Source: Eutreptiella sp. 'Long Island Sound 2002' (taxonomy: Eukaryota > Protista > Euglenida). From it: a DNA stretch of 64,000 nt. Position 1 is the stretch's first letter. The number at the start of each line of letters is the position of its first letter. The DNA lies in the NCBI GenBank assembly GCA_964036045.1, contig OZ038378.1, forward strand, positions 185,504,001 through 185,568,000. Direction: 5' to 3'. The translations under genes were made by a program, and so were the position numbers. The notes under the pieces were generated by a model. The model worked only from the letters and a program-made list of their open reading frames with translations. It did not search any database and was not told the origin of the DNA. Of this stretch, positions 1-12,594 are shown piece by piece.

Positions 1-1682
1 AGCAATATCGTATGGTCGGTTCTCATTCACTGAATGCCCCTGTCATAGGCAATTTCAGCCCTTAGTCCTTGGGTTTGTATTGCCGGTAATTCAGGCTGAC
101 CGCTGGTGCCTTAGACAGTTTGAAGGACATGGTGAGATATAACAGCATTGAACCACATCCAAAACTGAGCTGTTGTACCACACGGAAATCCAATTTGGTC
201 ATAGCACGTTATATGCCACATTAGACAGCCATGTGACACATTGAAATAAATCTGGCTAATCAGGGACATCTATATCCCAAAAATGCTCCCGCAAGCACAC
301 AAATAAAGGGGTGGGGATAAATCAACCTAGCATGGAGTGGATGTGGTGGAAATGAGCAACAAATGGATGAAAAAAGATAAAAATGGGTGAAATTGGGTGA
401 AATGCAAATACACCATATCCCCAATGCGAAAGAAGCATCAGAATACCCGTTTTCAAACAACGATGATGCCCCTAGTATCACGAAGTATGGGTTTCTAGCA
501 CAGCCACATGCCCCAAAATAGCCTCTTTCTCGCACAGCGCACAGTACGCCCCCAATGGGGCTCAATGGTAGGTCAGGACTAGTCCCTGCACTTTTCGAAT
601 GGATCGAGGTTGAGAAGAACATGCGGCAGCAAATAGACTGCAAAGAGAGTGAGGGGGGGGGGTACCCTCACCTCTCAGTCAACTCTCCTCGCCCCTGAAT
701 CAATTCTCACCTCACACAAAGTTCCTCACTCCTTCAACAATCCCCCCCCCCAAAAAGACCACCGAGACATCCCCATACCTTCTTTCACCACTAGTAGGCA
801 ACAATTGGAAGGCTTGTACTGATGGCTTTTGTTGAACTTAACCATACACGATCATGAACACCTTTTGAGAATTTTTAGGTACCAGGAAAAAAAAACCATT
901 CGCGCCCCTGCCCTACCCTTCCCGATGGTGCAATATGCCATCGCGCACCAAAGCATGCACCGTTATTAAACCGTCACAGGAGATGCGGGGCAAAATACCC
1001 AAATCTCTAGACACTGCATAAAAGAAATCTCATGGGGCCTAAATATCCCATAAAAGCTCAGAGATGGGGAATATGACCCACCCTTCCAATACGAATCCGA
1101 TCAGGAGTTTCAAAGGGGAGGTGGGGTCGTGCAGCACACAGGCCTAGACTTCCTTCCCCAAGCCATCCAAAGCCCCCAAAATTCACTTGTCAAAATGGTG
1201 GATGGATTCCAGGGTGGTCATGGGAAAAAAGCATAACTATTGGGTGTTGTGTGCGCCATGCTGCATACTCACTGCGATGAGCCTTAAGAGTGGTTCGAGA
1301 GGGACTCCAAGTGATTACCATCCACGAAATCCATCCAACAGCCTTCATGGAACCAAACGGCTTACACAAGCACAATGGCACTGGTTTTGCTCATGGCAAA
1401 ATGTGTGTACTGCCAAGGTCAGGGAAAACCACGGCAGCCTGTGGATCCGTACCCAGTAGGAGGCGGAGTTGGGATATGTTGGCGAGAGGAGTTGCAATAT
1501 GCCTTATTCTGGCGCTCTCTGTGTTCTTTTCTGTGTGAAACAGGATGTAGCGAGTTGTTTCTGCCCATAGCAACATTCTGCTTGAGAATCCAACCCTCTT
1601 TAACTTGGTTTAACGTGATTTTCAGCCTGCAGTGGGGGTTTGGACCTCTCAAAGGGATGGCGTTGTGCATAGTGCAAAGTTT

Positions 1683-2296
1683 TTACAATACGAGATTGGG
1701 GAGAGGATAGGTATCAAGAATTTTACTTTGCCTGAGCCAACATGAACTTGCATGTCGCACCTTTGACTCTCCCTTGCCTTTTGTTTCTTGGTTCGGCCAT
1801 GAATTGGTCGTCAAAGAAACACGGATTTGTGGTCCAGGTGAGATGTCTTTTGCTGCATTTGGTGCTCCTGGGAGGTCGTAGTTTTCATCGGTATATGGTA
1901 CTGGTTCTACCAACCACGGTGCACGCAGTGAACACGTGGCAAACACACAGTGAGCACGCAGTTTGCACACAGTGCAAAGTCTTCCCCCAAGAACTGCTCG
2001 GGGAGCCAAACAATCTCTTTTGACTACTGATGGCCCCAGCACAATCAAGCAAATCGCACAAACAACAAACCCGCTGGTGCACGTTTGAGCATACCCAACT
2101 GCCAAGAAGTCATCAATGTAATGCAAAACCAGCACAGAAACAAGTCCCAGGAGCTTCAGTAAGCCAACAGACTTTCGCAGACCACTAGGGAGTAGTGCCA
2201 GCCAAAGGAGAGTTCAGAGCAAATATCTCCCTGTCTATACAGACCCTAAACGCCCTTCACATGCTCTGGTAGAGACCAAAAAGCGTTTGTTAAGTC
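1683..2296 (-). mobile_element. Degenerate reverse transcriptase remnant, DIRS/Ngaro- or LTR-like retrotransposon
   Basis: Minus-strand translation gives ordered RT motifs: DLTNAFWSL (starting 2296), LSFGWHYS (2212-2189) and HYIDDFL (YIDD 2120-2109). Stops and a frameshift lie between them. A downstream YTDE could be a decayed RNase H start. Confidence 0.7.
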
Positions 2297-2733
2297 AACG
2301 TGCAATGCCAGCAACTCATCATGGCCCACCGGACAACACAGGTCTTCAACATTACGAAGGTTTAAGAATCAAATTCTTTGGCCACTTTGGTGACCACATG
2401 CACATCTTACAACAACACTGGGAGGGCTATCTGAATGTAAAATGTTGGACCTGTTGTGATGTTGTTCTTTTTGCATTTCACAATACTCATGATGTCCCAT
2501 ACTGCTGGCCTTGTGCAATACATATACTCCATGGCTTGAGATGGTAGTCGCTCACGTAGTTGGCCCCTCCCCTGCACACATGCTTTCCGCACAATCAGTT
2601 ACCCCTGGCATGATCAGGATGCCACTCAGGACGAGCCCCATGGTGCGCCGCTGATATTTGATGTTGGTGTTCATATGTCCGCGTTGTAGGGATGGTTTTT
2701 GGGTTTTTTTTAGCTGGTAGGGTGCCATTCCCA

Positions 2734-2751
2734 AGTGTCTACCTCTTTCAG
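2734..2751 (+). other. Degenerate spliced-leader relic and/or trans-splice acceptor
   Basis: AGTGTCTACCTCTTTCAG resembles the 3' part of the euglenid SL as recalled (AGTGTCTATTTTTTTTCG). It ends 8 nt before the ATG at 2760. Confidence 0.55.
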
Positions 2752-2759
2752 CCCTTGGA

Positions 2760-3575
2760 ATGCCAGCATTGGGTCGTGCCTGGGGGTACCGCCCACTTCG
2801 CTCCGTTGCATGCACACGGGCTTGCGTGTTGCGCAATGTGCACACTGTTAATGAACAGAAACTTGCCACGTTGGAGGAGATTGCTGCAGAGCGCAGAGCC
2901 AACCGCCGATTTTTGCCGGATCCCATTCCTGACGGTCTTCTAAAGCGGTTGCTGAAGGTGGCGCAGCGTGCACCCAGTGGCTACAACCTACAACCATGGG
3001 TTGCTGTTGTGGTCTCTGCTGCGGAGCAGCGTGCAGAACTCCTTCCTGCAGCACTTGGCCAGAAACAGGTGGAGGAGGCCCCTGCCGTGGTGGTCTTTGC
3101 TGGCAACACCCGCCCAACAGAAAACATCCATAAGGCTTGGCTGCTTGGGCTGCACGCGGGTTGCTACCCCCGCTCATATGAACCCATATACTACCGCAAC
3201 ATCCGATTCATGCTGGAGACAGGGTCATGTGGAGCACTGCAGGTGTTCAAGTATGGACTGACACAAGGAATCGGGAGCATGAAACCTGCCCCCAGTGTGC
3301 CTCTGAGTATGCAAGGCTATGCCTGGAAGCAGACAATGCCGGCAGTCATGAATTTCATGAATGCTGCGACAGCTGCGGGGCTGGCCACATCTCCAATGGA
3401 GGGTATCGATGAAAATGCAGTCAAAAAGGTGGTGGGCCTGCCGGACCACTACACCGTCCCCTGTATTGTTGCTGTGGGCTATCCTCAGCCCAGCCAACGA
3501 GAGACCCCTGCTATGCCTCGGTTCCCCACTGAAGACGTTATTTTTGATGGCAAGTTTGGGGATCCGCTGCAGTAA
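2760..3575 (+). CDS. Nitroreductase family flavoprotein, intronless, 271 aa
   Basis: Family motifs RRANRRF, APSGYNLQPW and GLATSPMEGID. The Arg-rich, acid-free N-terminus resembles an organellar presequence. Confidence 0.92.
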   Translation: MPALGRAWGYRPLRSVACTRACVLRNVHTVNEQKLATLEEIAAERRANRRFLPDPIPDGLLKRLLKVAQRAPSGYNLQPWVAVVVSAAEQRAELLPAALGQKQVEEAPAVVVFAGNTRPTENIHKAWLLGLHAGCYPRSYEPIYYRNIRFMLETGSCGALQVFKYGLTQGIGSMKPAPSVPLSMQGYAWKQTMPAVMNFMNAATAAGLATSPMEGIDENAVKKVVGLPDHYTVPCIVAVGYPQPSQRETPAMPRFPTEDVIFDGKFGDPLQ

Positions 3576-4020
3576 CCCTTTTCGTGCCTGTTGGTGGTGT
3601 CGGTCTGATCGCTGATGCGGTGAGGTGTGCGCGGGACCTTCTCAGTGCCTCAGAGTGGCGATTCAAGCTTCAATGAACAGCACGGACCGAGTGGAATGGG
3701 GCATGCCGAGTTGTCATAGAAGGACGGCACAGGGTGGGGGTCGCCTTGTTCAGACACCAATGGTTTGCACCCTCTTTGACTCTGGTTGATTTCGTAGGAT
3801 CGCAACCAAGGTGCAAATGGTTATTCAGCCACTCCACCTGCCTCTTATTTTGTCGCCAGCCATCAGCTTCGCAATGCGTGTCAATGCTTCATGAGATTTG
3901 ATCCTTCCCGTTGGGCAACTGTCTACAGCCCCCAAAAGCCCCTCGCAACCTTGTTTGACACCGACAGCCCAACTTTTCATCATGTTGAAGCTCACTGTCG
4001 GCTTCAACAATGTTTGACAC

Positions 4021-4052
4021 CTCTCTCTCTCTCTCTCTCTCCGCAACTCTCT
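4021..4052. repeat. (CT)n microsatellite
   Basis: Visible ctctctct run. Confidence 0.9.
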
Positions 4053-6193
4053 CAAGTCCATTCTGGCCCTCACAACCATATCTACCCTTCAAAAGGCCTC
4101 GAAAACTATGTCCAACCCAACTCTTGGAGCCCTCTTGCCACCATACCACACTCTTTGCCCTCAATAGCCCTCTGTAGCCATCTCTAGCCGTCGCTAATTA
4201 TGCATCACAACGTCCAACCCTCCCCTTTCTAGCCCTCTTCGCATTAGCAAATCATTGCCTTGGAGGCAAACTCTCCTCGCAGCAGCCATTTTTGATGCAG
4301 GAATCTGAACAAGGGAGACCTCACTCGGCTGAACTCTTCTTGGTGAAATCTGCAATTTTTCCCTACCGGTAGCTGATTTCTTTGGCTTGGCATCCTTCTT
4401 CAGGAAATCATACAAAATATCCTGCGATAAAAAAAAGGCGCAGCCCCTTTCCTGCTCTACAGTGCAAAGCCACGGTAGAGTATGAATTTCTAGTCATAGG
4501 GGATTGTCGTGGTACCAATGCAATCCAGCAGGTCTAACCCATTAACTTCACCACATGGTTGAGCTAGGCTAAGGCCCCTTCCATACTGACTACCACATCT
4601 ATGCAGCTTCCCAGCCCAGCGTTGGAGGGGGAGGCACATCACACAACCCCTCCAGATTCTCCATTCTCCCTGCCTTCAGCACTAGACATACTGGGTAGCC
4701 AGGCTTTTAGGGGTTTATGGGGACCGTTTGTTGGGCTTTTTTTTACAGTTGGGTACCACGGAAACTTGCATTTCTAAAGAGGTCGGTGGACAATAGGAGA
4801 GAGGAACAAGGTGTTTGACATGCAAAGGAGACCCAAGCCACACATGCATCGTATTTGCAACCGCATTGATCAATTTTCCAGCCTCCATAGTATTTGTGAC
4901 ACCAGACATTGCGTGTCAAACCTATCAACTATTGCATCAGAAAATGCTGCAGGTTTGATGGTGTTTAGTGCAAGTACCGTGCAAGCATAATTTCTGAAGG
5001 TTCTGGATGGCTGCTGCTAAGGTCAAGAAATATTTGGTCAAACACATGGAACTTGCCAAACAATCTCAAGTTCCTGATCCTGCACAACTTGGGTCATTGA
5101 GTCAAGGCATCAAATTGTATCCCTTGATTGTTCCATTTGTGATGTGCACTCTACTATTGAAGAAAGCGGTGAGTCGAGGTTGTATTCTGAAAATGTGCAG
5201 TCCAATTAGCAAGCAATTTGGTATCTTGGGTAGGTGGGACAGTGCATGTAGCTGTTTGCCTTTGTTGTACAAGTGTGCCCACTGTGACTTGGCAATCCCA
5301 TACACATCCTGTGACGTGCAACATTCCTCTTAAATTTGGAAGTGGGAACACTCTGAAAAACAGCACAACAAGCAGCTCACAAAGCATATTTGTCTTTTCA
5401 CTTCAATGGAGCCGTGGCCCCACCATTATTGACTTTGCAATATTCCATCTGAAGGATTACAATTTTCGCATGTATGCCAAAACAAGTGGTTTTAGCGTGG
5501 TTTGAGCCCACAGTTTTGACCCTCCAAAAATCCGAAAAATGCCTTGAAAATGGGTTGTTTTGGGACCAAAACTGGGTCAAAAATGCGTCAAAAACTCGTT
5601 TTCCCAAAATTGATCCTGGAGCATTTGGGATGCACAAACAAGTGAAAAGAGCCCATTTTGGGCTCGTTTTGACCCTTTTTCTCTCATCAGAAGTCCACAA
5701 AAGCCTTGAGAATGGGCCATTTTGATTTGGGAGGGCACATCCTGACTTGGCGTTTGCGCCGTGGGCTGCCACTGGTGGGGTCGGGGCTCGAACTCCGGAT
5801 TTGGGAAGGCCGTGTGTCAATGCAGAAAAACGCCGGAGTAGAGTAGAGCCCGAAGCGTTGGGACAAAGTAAGGGCCAAAACGGGAGGAGAAGTGCTTGCT
5901 TGCTTGCTTTCTTGTTACCCAGATTTAAGGGGACAGGGGTGTAGTAATATATATGCAATGATTGTTGGTTTTTATGGTTTAGTGAAATGTGCATGGGGCT
6001 TGGAGCATTTTCTCGGGAGGTAACCATCCTCCATTTATTGGAGCCAACCATTGTCTGGACCCAAGTGCATTAAGTGACCATATTCAGTTGGCATGCAATC
6101 AAATGTGCTACTGTTTGGGATAATACTCTGGAAGTCTGAAATTTTGAGTACACTGTGATTTTTCTGATCTGGGACACATTCATGTAAATCCAA

Positions 6194-6250
6194 AGGGGGC
6201 GCCTTGAGCGCACTGCACGCACTGTGCAACTATTTGGCCATCTGGCGCAA
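6194..6250 (+). repeat. Dispersed repeat with GCACTGCACGCACTG core; homologous copy at about 14652-14710
   Basis: GGGGGCGCCT..AGCGCA.TGC.CGC.C.GTGCAACTATTTGG.C.TCTGGC is shared by both sites. Inverted core at 6686-6700; related core at 15670-15692. Confidence 0.75.
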
Positions 6251-7034
6251 CCAAGGATGTATAGCTTGCGCCACAAGTGGTAAAGTAGTAATGTGGTCGC
6301 CCACTGCCATTCAAACATGGGTTCACATGTGAAATTTTCTGGGTTTGCCCTCTTGTATCCACAGTTCAGCTATGTCGCCCTTTTTGAATGTTCACCACTT
6401 TGGTTCTGATTGTATTGATACACACATGTGTGTCGCATGGTCGCAGTGGTTGAATAATTGGTAAGCCATTCTTCGTTTGCAAACATTCGAGCTTTTATGC
6501 GCACTTGAGGATAAGTGATGCACAAATTGCTTCTTATGTTGTCTGTGTTGCGTGTTCTTTTGACCTCAGGGAAGGTAGGGAACAACAGGACACAGCTAGG
6601 TTCCACAGAGGCTTGCTTGGTGGGGTTGTTTGGCTGAGGGTTAACTTGGAGGCTTTCTCAGACAGTGTGTCTTAACAGTAGTGTGCAGTGCGTGCAGTGC
6701 AAGGATTCCCTCAAAGCCCTCCATTCGAGGGTTTTGCGGTCCCCATCACCAACAGGCATTACGCGACCATCCGTCAAGAACCATTCACTCCTCCCTGTGC
6801 AGCAGTTAAGCCCAACTTTTTGTCCAAGCCCAACTGTCATGCAGCAGTTACTTTGGTACTTGGCCTGCATTTCGAAGGGTGGGAGGGTACTCAGGCAGCA
6901 GGCCTTCAGACGACGCTCCCCTCCCCAAGAACTCGGTCAGTCTTGTATGGTATGTTTTGGTCTGTGCCAAACTTGGTTTTAAGCCCAAGATCTTCCTTTT
7001 TCAGAGTGCTGTTCTGCGGCCTGTTTGCGGCCCC

Positions 7035-10000
7035 ATGCGGCGTAAGGCCGGGGTGGCTGGCATTCAAGCCAATGCCACCATGCGGCAGCAGATGAAGGAA
7101 CATGGCCAAGCCCTGAGTGAGGCCTCCAACAAGTCGTTGATGCAGCAGATGGAGGTGTTCCGGGAAAAACTCGAGGCGTTTGCCGTGAAGCACAAACACG
7201 AGATCAACCGCAACCCTGAGTTTCGACACCACTTCCACAAAATGTGCGTCACAATGGGGGTGGACCCGCTGGCCTCCAAGAAGGGCTTCTGGTCCGAGCT
7301 GCTGGGCTATGGGGACTTCTACTATGAGCTGGCGGTGCAGGCCATTGAAGTGTGCCTCAGCACCCGGAAGCAGAATGGTGGTCTAATGCCTCTGAAGGAC
7401 GTCACGCTGGCAGTGATGAAGCGGCGTCCAGGGACAGCGCAGGTGTCCAGAATGGCACTGAGCCCACTGGGGGGCTTATGGGGGTGATTCGCTATCAAGG
7501 CTCAGTCAGTGTGCTGGTTGGCAGTGGTAGGGCGGTGGGGTCCGAGGGGAAAGAGCTTGCCTAGCGTGCGTCTGGTGCGTCCAGACATGCAGTTATCCGC
7601 CAAAGGTCCCAAGCATCAGCCCCCCACATGTCAATCCCCGGGAAAAGTGTATGAAGTGTTGGTAGGTAGCGACTACATCATCACCCACTTGTAGTGGGCC
7701 GCTGATGGGTAGGCTGGTACCCTCCTATGCCAATGGACCGCCCTTTGGAACACACACCACGGACTCAAGGCGGGGATGGAGGGGTGGGGAGGCACTCGCC
7801 ACAAGGAGGACTGGGGAGTGGGCAGCCTGAAGGCTGTTGTGCGCCCCCATTGGGGAAGTGACCCCACAAGTGGACTTCCTGGGGCCCAAAAGCCGCCGTT
7901 GGGGAGGGGTCCCCCACCGCCGGTATGGGACGCACCTGGCCAACGGCGAGGGCGGTTGCCCTCCTCTGTGTTCACCCGACACAGAGCAGTGAAAAGGGAC
8001 AGTCAGGGGGCTCCGTTGGCACAACCTCCCAAGGGAAAGGAAGGGTGAGTAGGGAGGCAAGGGTAGGCCAGGCAGGGAGAGGGAGGGCACAAGGTGGTGA
8101 GAGGCCGATGGGTGCTGCTGCACATGGAGGGAAAGGGTTCAAGGAAAGGAAGCAAAGGGCAAGGGTAAATGGTGAGAGGCTAATAGGCGCCGCCAGCTGC
8201 AGACAGCAATACAACCAGGCGTCATGCCCCCCCCGCCCCCCCCGCACCCCAGCCACACTCACTCAGCTTTTATGGCACACCCCCAATGATCCCAATGATG
8301 ACTGCAGCAGTGGCTCTGATATGTCGTCTATGAGTCTGTCGAGTGGAGGTTGCAGCCGCAGCTGTACACACTTGGCATGGGGGAAAGCAAAACCGTGTAT
8401 GTGCAGGGCAGGAATGATAGACAGGTCTGGCTGGCAGACCACCAACGTGGATGGAGTGGCGTAATTACCCGGTTCAACAGAACCTGCCACCAAATGTTGA
8501 CTAAATCCATGCATGGCCACTTCTTTTGTGTTCATAGAGCTTTGAAGTAATCTGTGAAAGCGTTCATTGTGGGACTGGACGGCTCTGAACCTTGATCCCG
8601 AGAAGTTATCTCGGGTACCATGCAGTGAGCAGGCTACGCCTCATCTAGCTCATCTTGGTCTGGCCCCAGCAAAAGTAGCCGAATTCGGGTGCAGGACCAG
8701 CAGTCCTGTACCAAATGCCCCTGAAATGGATGTTCAAAACGTGGGCACAGCCCACATGATGCAAAACATGAACGCTTTTGTGAGCCCCCCCCCCCTGCCA
8801 ATGACCCTCCCTTTGCAAGGAAGAAACCCGGCCCCGTTTGTTAATGGAAGCCCCTCCTGGAAAGAAGAATCATGTCCCAGGCCATCAGCATGGGGCGGGG
8901 TGTAGTCTGGAATGCGGCAGTGGGGGGGGGTGTCTGGAAACACGTGACAGAGGGACCGGTGCCCTCAGGTACCTTGCGTCCAATGCGTCAGAGCCCGTCA
9001 AACCCCCAGGCCTTCTGAGGAGCTCCGAGTAGCATCCAGGTAGACCAGGGCACTTTGAAAAGTGGTCCAAAGGCCTGTTGCCCCTGTCCCTCTCCCTATC
9101 TCCACACTGCAACCCCGTTATTTGAGAATGGATCAACTTGCACTCATGACAGGTACGACAGGTATTGGTATGACATATGTTGGTGCGATAAACATTACCT
9201 TGCACCCCAGGTGGAAGCGGTGAATCAAATCACCGTCTGAGTGCTTGGATCTCGGTCATGTGCTGCCCCTCCCTGCTGAACTGACCCACGATTTCACTTG
9301 TGTTCTTGAACCCTCCAAACAGCAGGAGCTGAGGGTACGGGGCAGAGGGAGTATTGTATGCGGTGTTGGCGCAGTGCACGGATTGGAGTTGTTCTACAGA
9401 GTCAGCCAAAGGTAAAAAGAGCAAGGCCCCTGTAAGATCCGTACCCCCTTCGCAGGCCCGGCTTGCAGCATCCGAAGAGGCCTGCCAACAGCAAACCATT
9501 TGCCCAGGGGTTTTTCCCAAACCGCACGCGGTGTGCGCGCGGTGCAGGTTTGCCCTCGGAGCATAAAAAGGGGCCAAAAGTTTACGGGCTCCGAGACCCC
9601 GAACCCCGTGCCCCCAGGGTTTGCATTGGCCTTGGTGCCTTCTACACCGCCCCATTTGCATCCGCAGGTTATCTCAGAGCGGGACGTGGAGGAGGCCATT
9701 GCGAAGGTCTCCATTTTGGGATCGGGTTTCAAGATTTTCGCGCTGGACAACACGACAAACGGACTGAAACTTGTGCAGTCGGTTCCCATGGAGCTCACGG
9801 TGGACAACACTGCCATCCTGGCCCTTGCGCAGGGGGCGGTGGAGCGGAAAGTGCTGCAGTTCCAGGGAAGTGAACTGGTCGTGTTCCACTGCTTTTTGAC
9901 GGTGGAGGCCGTGCAGGAGGCGCTGGCCTGGCCTGCGGAGCGATGTGTGGCGGCGCTGGACCATTTGATGCAGACGGGCATGGCCTGGGCCGACGTGGAC

Positions 10001-10036
10001 AAGACGTATTGGTTCCCCACGTTTTGCTGTTTGTGA
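7035..10036 (+). CDS. SNF8: ESCRT-II subunit SNF8/Vps22/EAP30; exons 7035-7442 and 9668-10036
   Basis: [10 protein letters not shown]...[38 protein letters not shown] and VQSVPMEL...W.D..YWFP match SNF8. The GT-AG intron 7443-9667 is phase 0 and keeps the frame. A pyrimidine-tract AG at 7003-7004 is a plausible trans-splice acceptor. Confidence 0.93.
8336..8511 (-). repeat. Dispersed repeat copy inside the SNF8 intron, homologous to 11256-11431
   Basis: The reverse complement aligns end to end with 11256-11431. Both translate as [14 protein letters not shown]...[17 protein letters not shown]. Confidence 0.9.
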
Positions 10037-11039
10037 CGAATGGTCGGGGCGCTCCACAGAGGGTGCGCCTGCCCTGCGCACGGGCGACGGCAGTTGTGCT
10101 CTCCCCCCCCCTTTTCTTCTCCGTGTCGGAGTTGGAGGTTTGATCTGCATCATTTGTGCGCGTCACGTTCGAGAGTTTGAGGGAAGAGCTGCGCCCTCTG
10201 GCCAGGGGCCCCGCCGAAAGTGTGTTTGGGTCTTGGCGAACCGTGTGGACGGCCCCTCTGGAAGACCGATCCTGTTCAGCAAAGCCGCCCCCCAAGAGTT
10301 CCCGGACCTGCTTCCCTCCGGCACGTGACTGTGGCACATTGTGTCGGGCACCCATGAGAGGATGCCTTCGCTCAAGGTGAGGGAGACCCCCCCGCCCCCC
10401 GCGCAGACGGGCGGGCGTCCTCACGATGGGAGGGGGTGCCAGCATGGCCGGTGGGGGGCTGGGGCTCTGCAGCGTCCCGTGGCAGAGAAGTGGGGTTTGC
10501 AGCGCATGGATCCGTACCGCACCCCCCTCCAAGGCATTGTGGGCTGTTCTGGGCAGGGCCCGGGCCGAAGATGACGTTGTGCTGCGGAGGCCGAAGATGG
10601 GGTGTGGTGCCGGGATGAGCCGACCACAGTTTTGTGCGAAAGTGCAGCATGGCATGCAAGTGTTCTGCAGCGCGGGGAATCTCTGTCGCACGATGTGCAG
10701 CATTGAATGACCATTGCAATCATGATGCCCTGCCATGCGCTGACTCGTCACTGCGCATGGCAGGGACGGCAGGTTTGGTGGCATGCCGGGCCATTCTGCC
10801 CTCCGGATGTCATGAGCATGGGTTGAAGCGTCGGATTCACATCTCAGGGACACTTTAGTGGATTGAGGGGCTCTGGGAGTTGTCAAAGTACCGAGATGTG
10901 GCGCATTCTGCCGGTTGTCCTGAAATCCACTAATGAGCCATTCGCATGCCCTGTGATGTGCAGACTGGAGAGATACGTGGGAGCAGGCATTTCAGTGCAT
11001 TTCGCCCCCTGGCAGGGCGGGCACCCGCCAAACTTCACC

Positions 11040-11431
11040 GTCGTGGGAACACCCCGTGTCAAGCGTGCCGGCACAGGAGGGACGCCAATGGGCACCAGCA
11101 GCGGGGCAACTGTCCCATTCTGGACAACCGAAAATGCCACCGGCGGCTGAGGACACACAATGTACGCAATTTCCTCCTGAAAACCCAGACCAGTGCGTAC
11201 ACCCGGAAGTACCGACTGGCAGACTTACTCAGCCTTTATGGCAACCCCCCCTCTGCATGGATTTAGTCAACATTTGTTGGCAGGCTTTGTTGAACAGGGT
11301 AAGTACACCGCTCCATCCACGTTGGTGGTCTGCCAGCCAGACCTGTCGATCATTCTTCCCCTGCACACAAACGTTTTTGGTTTCCCCCATGCCAAGTGTG
11401 TACAGCTGCGGCTGCAACCTCCACTCGACAG
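11040..11431 (+). mobile_element. Dispersed repeat, possibly the 3' zinc-knuckle/RLE end of a non-LTR retrotransposon
   Basis: Homologous segments at about 22370-22555, about 27195-27375 and 8336-8511 (-). Conceptual peptides CQAC..H..CP, RLRTHNVRNFL and QPDLSII resemble CCHC + RHN + PD-(D/E)xK. The repeat is seen directly; the RLE identity is inference. Confidence 0.55.
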
Positions 11432-12594
11432 TATTTACTGTACATATGACAACTGTGCCGAGTTGCCCACATCGGCTTTGCTATTTCGCCTTCATTGCAT
11501 TACCCCAGCAGAGGCCTGTGCGCCATATGCAAACCCAAAATTTGGTGTGGCCCTGGCACTCCAAAATGGTGAACACACTGTCGATGACCCAATTCAGCTC
11601 CTCTGACACATGCATCATGCCGCCATAGCTGTATGATCAACCGCCGGCTGGATCAGAGGCCCCACAACAGCCCCGTGCACCTGAGATAGTCCTCCTCGGT
11701 CGACTGTTGGCCAGGGCCCGATACTTAAATGGGGTATGGGCGTAAAAGCCCCATACCCCCTGCCCCCCCCCCCCCCCCGCCTGGGCCTCACGGACCTGTG
11801 GCTTGCGCTGGATACACATCGTGTAAGGAAGCGGTTGGTTGTCCTTGCTCGGGCCCCGGAGAATGGCCTGGGCCTTAGGTATGCGAGAGCGGCTGGGTAT
11901 TGGCTTAAACGAAATGGCATCTCTGGGCGTTTGAAGTGTTGGCTCGGGGTGTGATGACACGGGGAGTGCCCACTGCCGTGCCCAATACCAACTGCAGTAC
12001 TACCCACCTGATGAACCCACAGGGGACGGTTACACGTAGCCCCCCCCCCCCCCGTCGCCAGACCCAGGGATGCATGGGAACGGGGGGAGGTACCCCACTC
12101 CCGCCCAGGGCGCCCAGCCCATGCCCAGCCACTGTCTCCCTAAGCCCAAGTGCCAGCTTCAATGGCATTTGTAACCGACAGTAACCACGTACAACCGCTT
12201 GGACAACCTCCTCCAACCGCCGCCTGTCTAACCGCTTCTGGGGCCGCCTCTGAGGTCCCTTCCCTTTTAATGCATCCCCCCTCCACAACCCCAAAATTAC
12301 GCCATCTAACCCCCGATTTGTGCTCTCCCGGCTTCTGTGCAGCCAACATGCTCTGAATGAAGCGAGAGATTCAAGATTCAAAACATTGTTGACCCCCCCC
12401 CTGCTCACGCCGCGGGCGTTGGGATCTGGGCCTGAACTGAAGCCCCCGGCCGAAACCGAACTGAACACCCCTGCGTGGGCGTCCTCATTGCAGCCGTGCG
12501 TGTCCTCAAAGGCGTCTACAGCCCCCCCCCCCGCCTTTTTTTTTGTTGCAAGAACCCCAGACTGCTCTAGTTAGCGTCAAACTGCCGTTGGTTT

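Noticed and set aside
3700-5350. LINE-like RT fragments on the minus strand, with similar hints near 39.5-41 kb, 52.4 kb and 55.8 kb
   Set aside because: Only vague motifs (e.g. RGGLDV, GGVGII) with many stops and no clear YADD; cannot be supported without a profile search.
5765-5830. tRNA-like GAGTTCGAGCCCCG on the minus strand
   Set aside because: Only a T-arm/B-box-like piece; no acceptor stem or D-arm could be folded.
7003-7020. AGTGCTGTTCTGCG as an SL relic before SNF8
   Set aside because: Too diverged to distinguish from background.
9795-10886. 363-aa minus-strand ORF overlapping SNF8 exon 2
   Set aside because: GC-rich, Pro/Arg/Ala-biased, no motifs, and antisense to a real exon.
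11056-11110. TnpB/Fanzor zinc-finger reading of CQACRHRRDANG
   Set aside because: No RuvC motifs nearby, and the other copies do not keep a DxNAAxN pattern.
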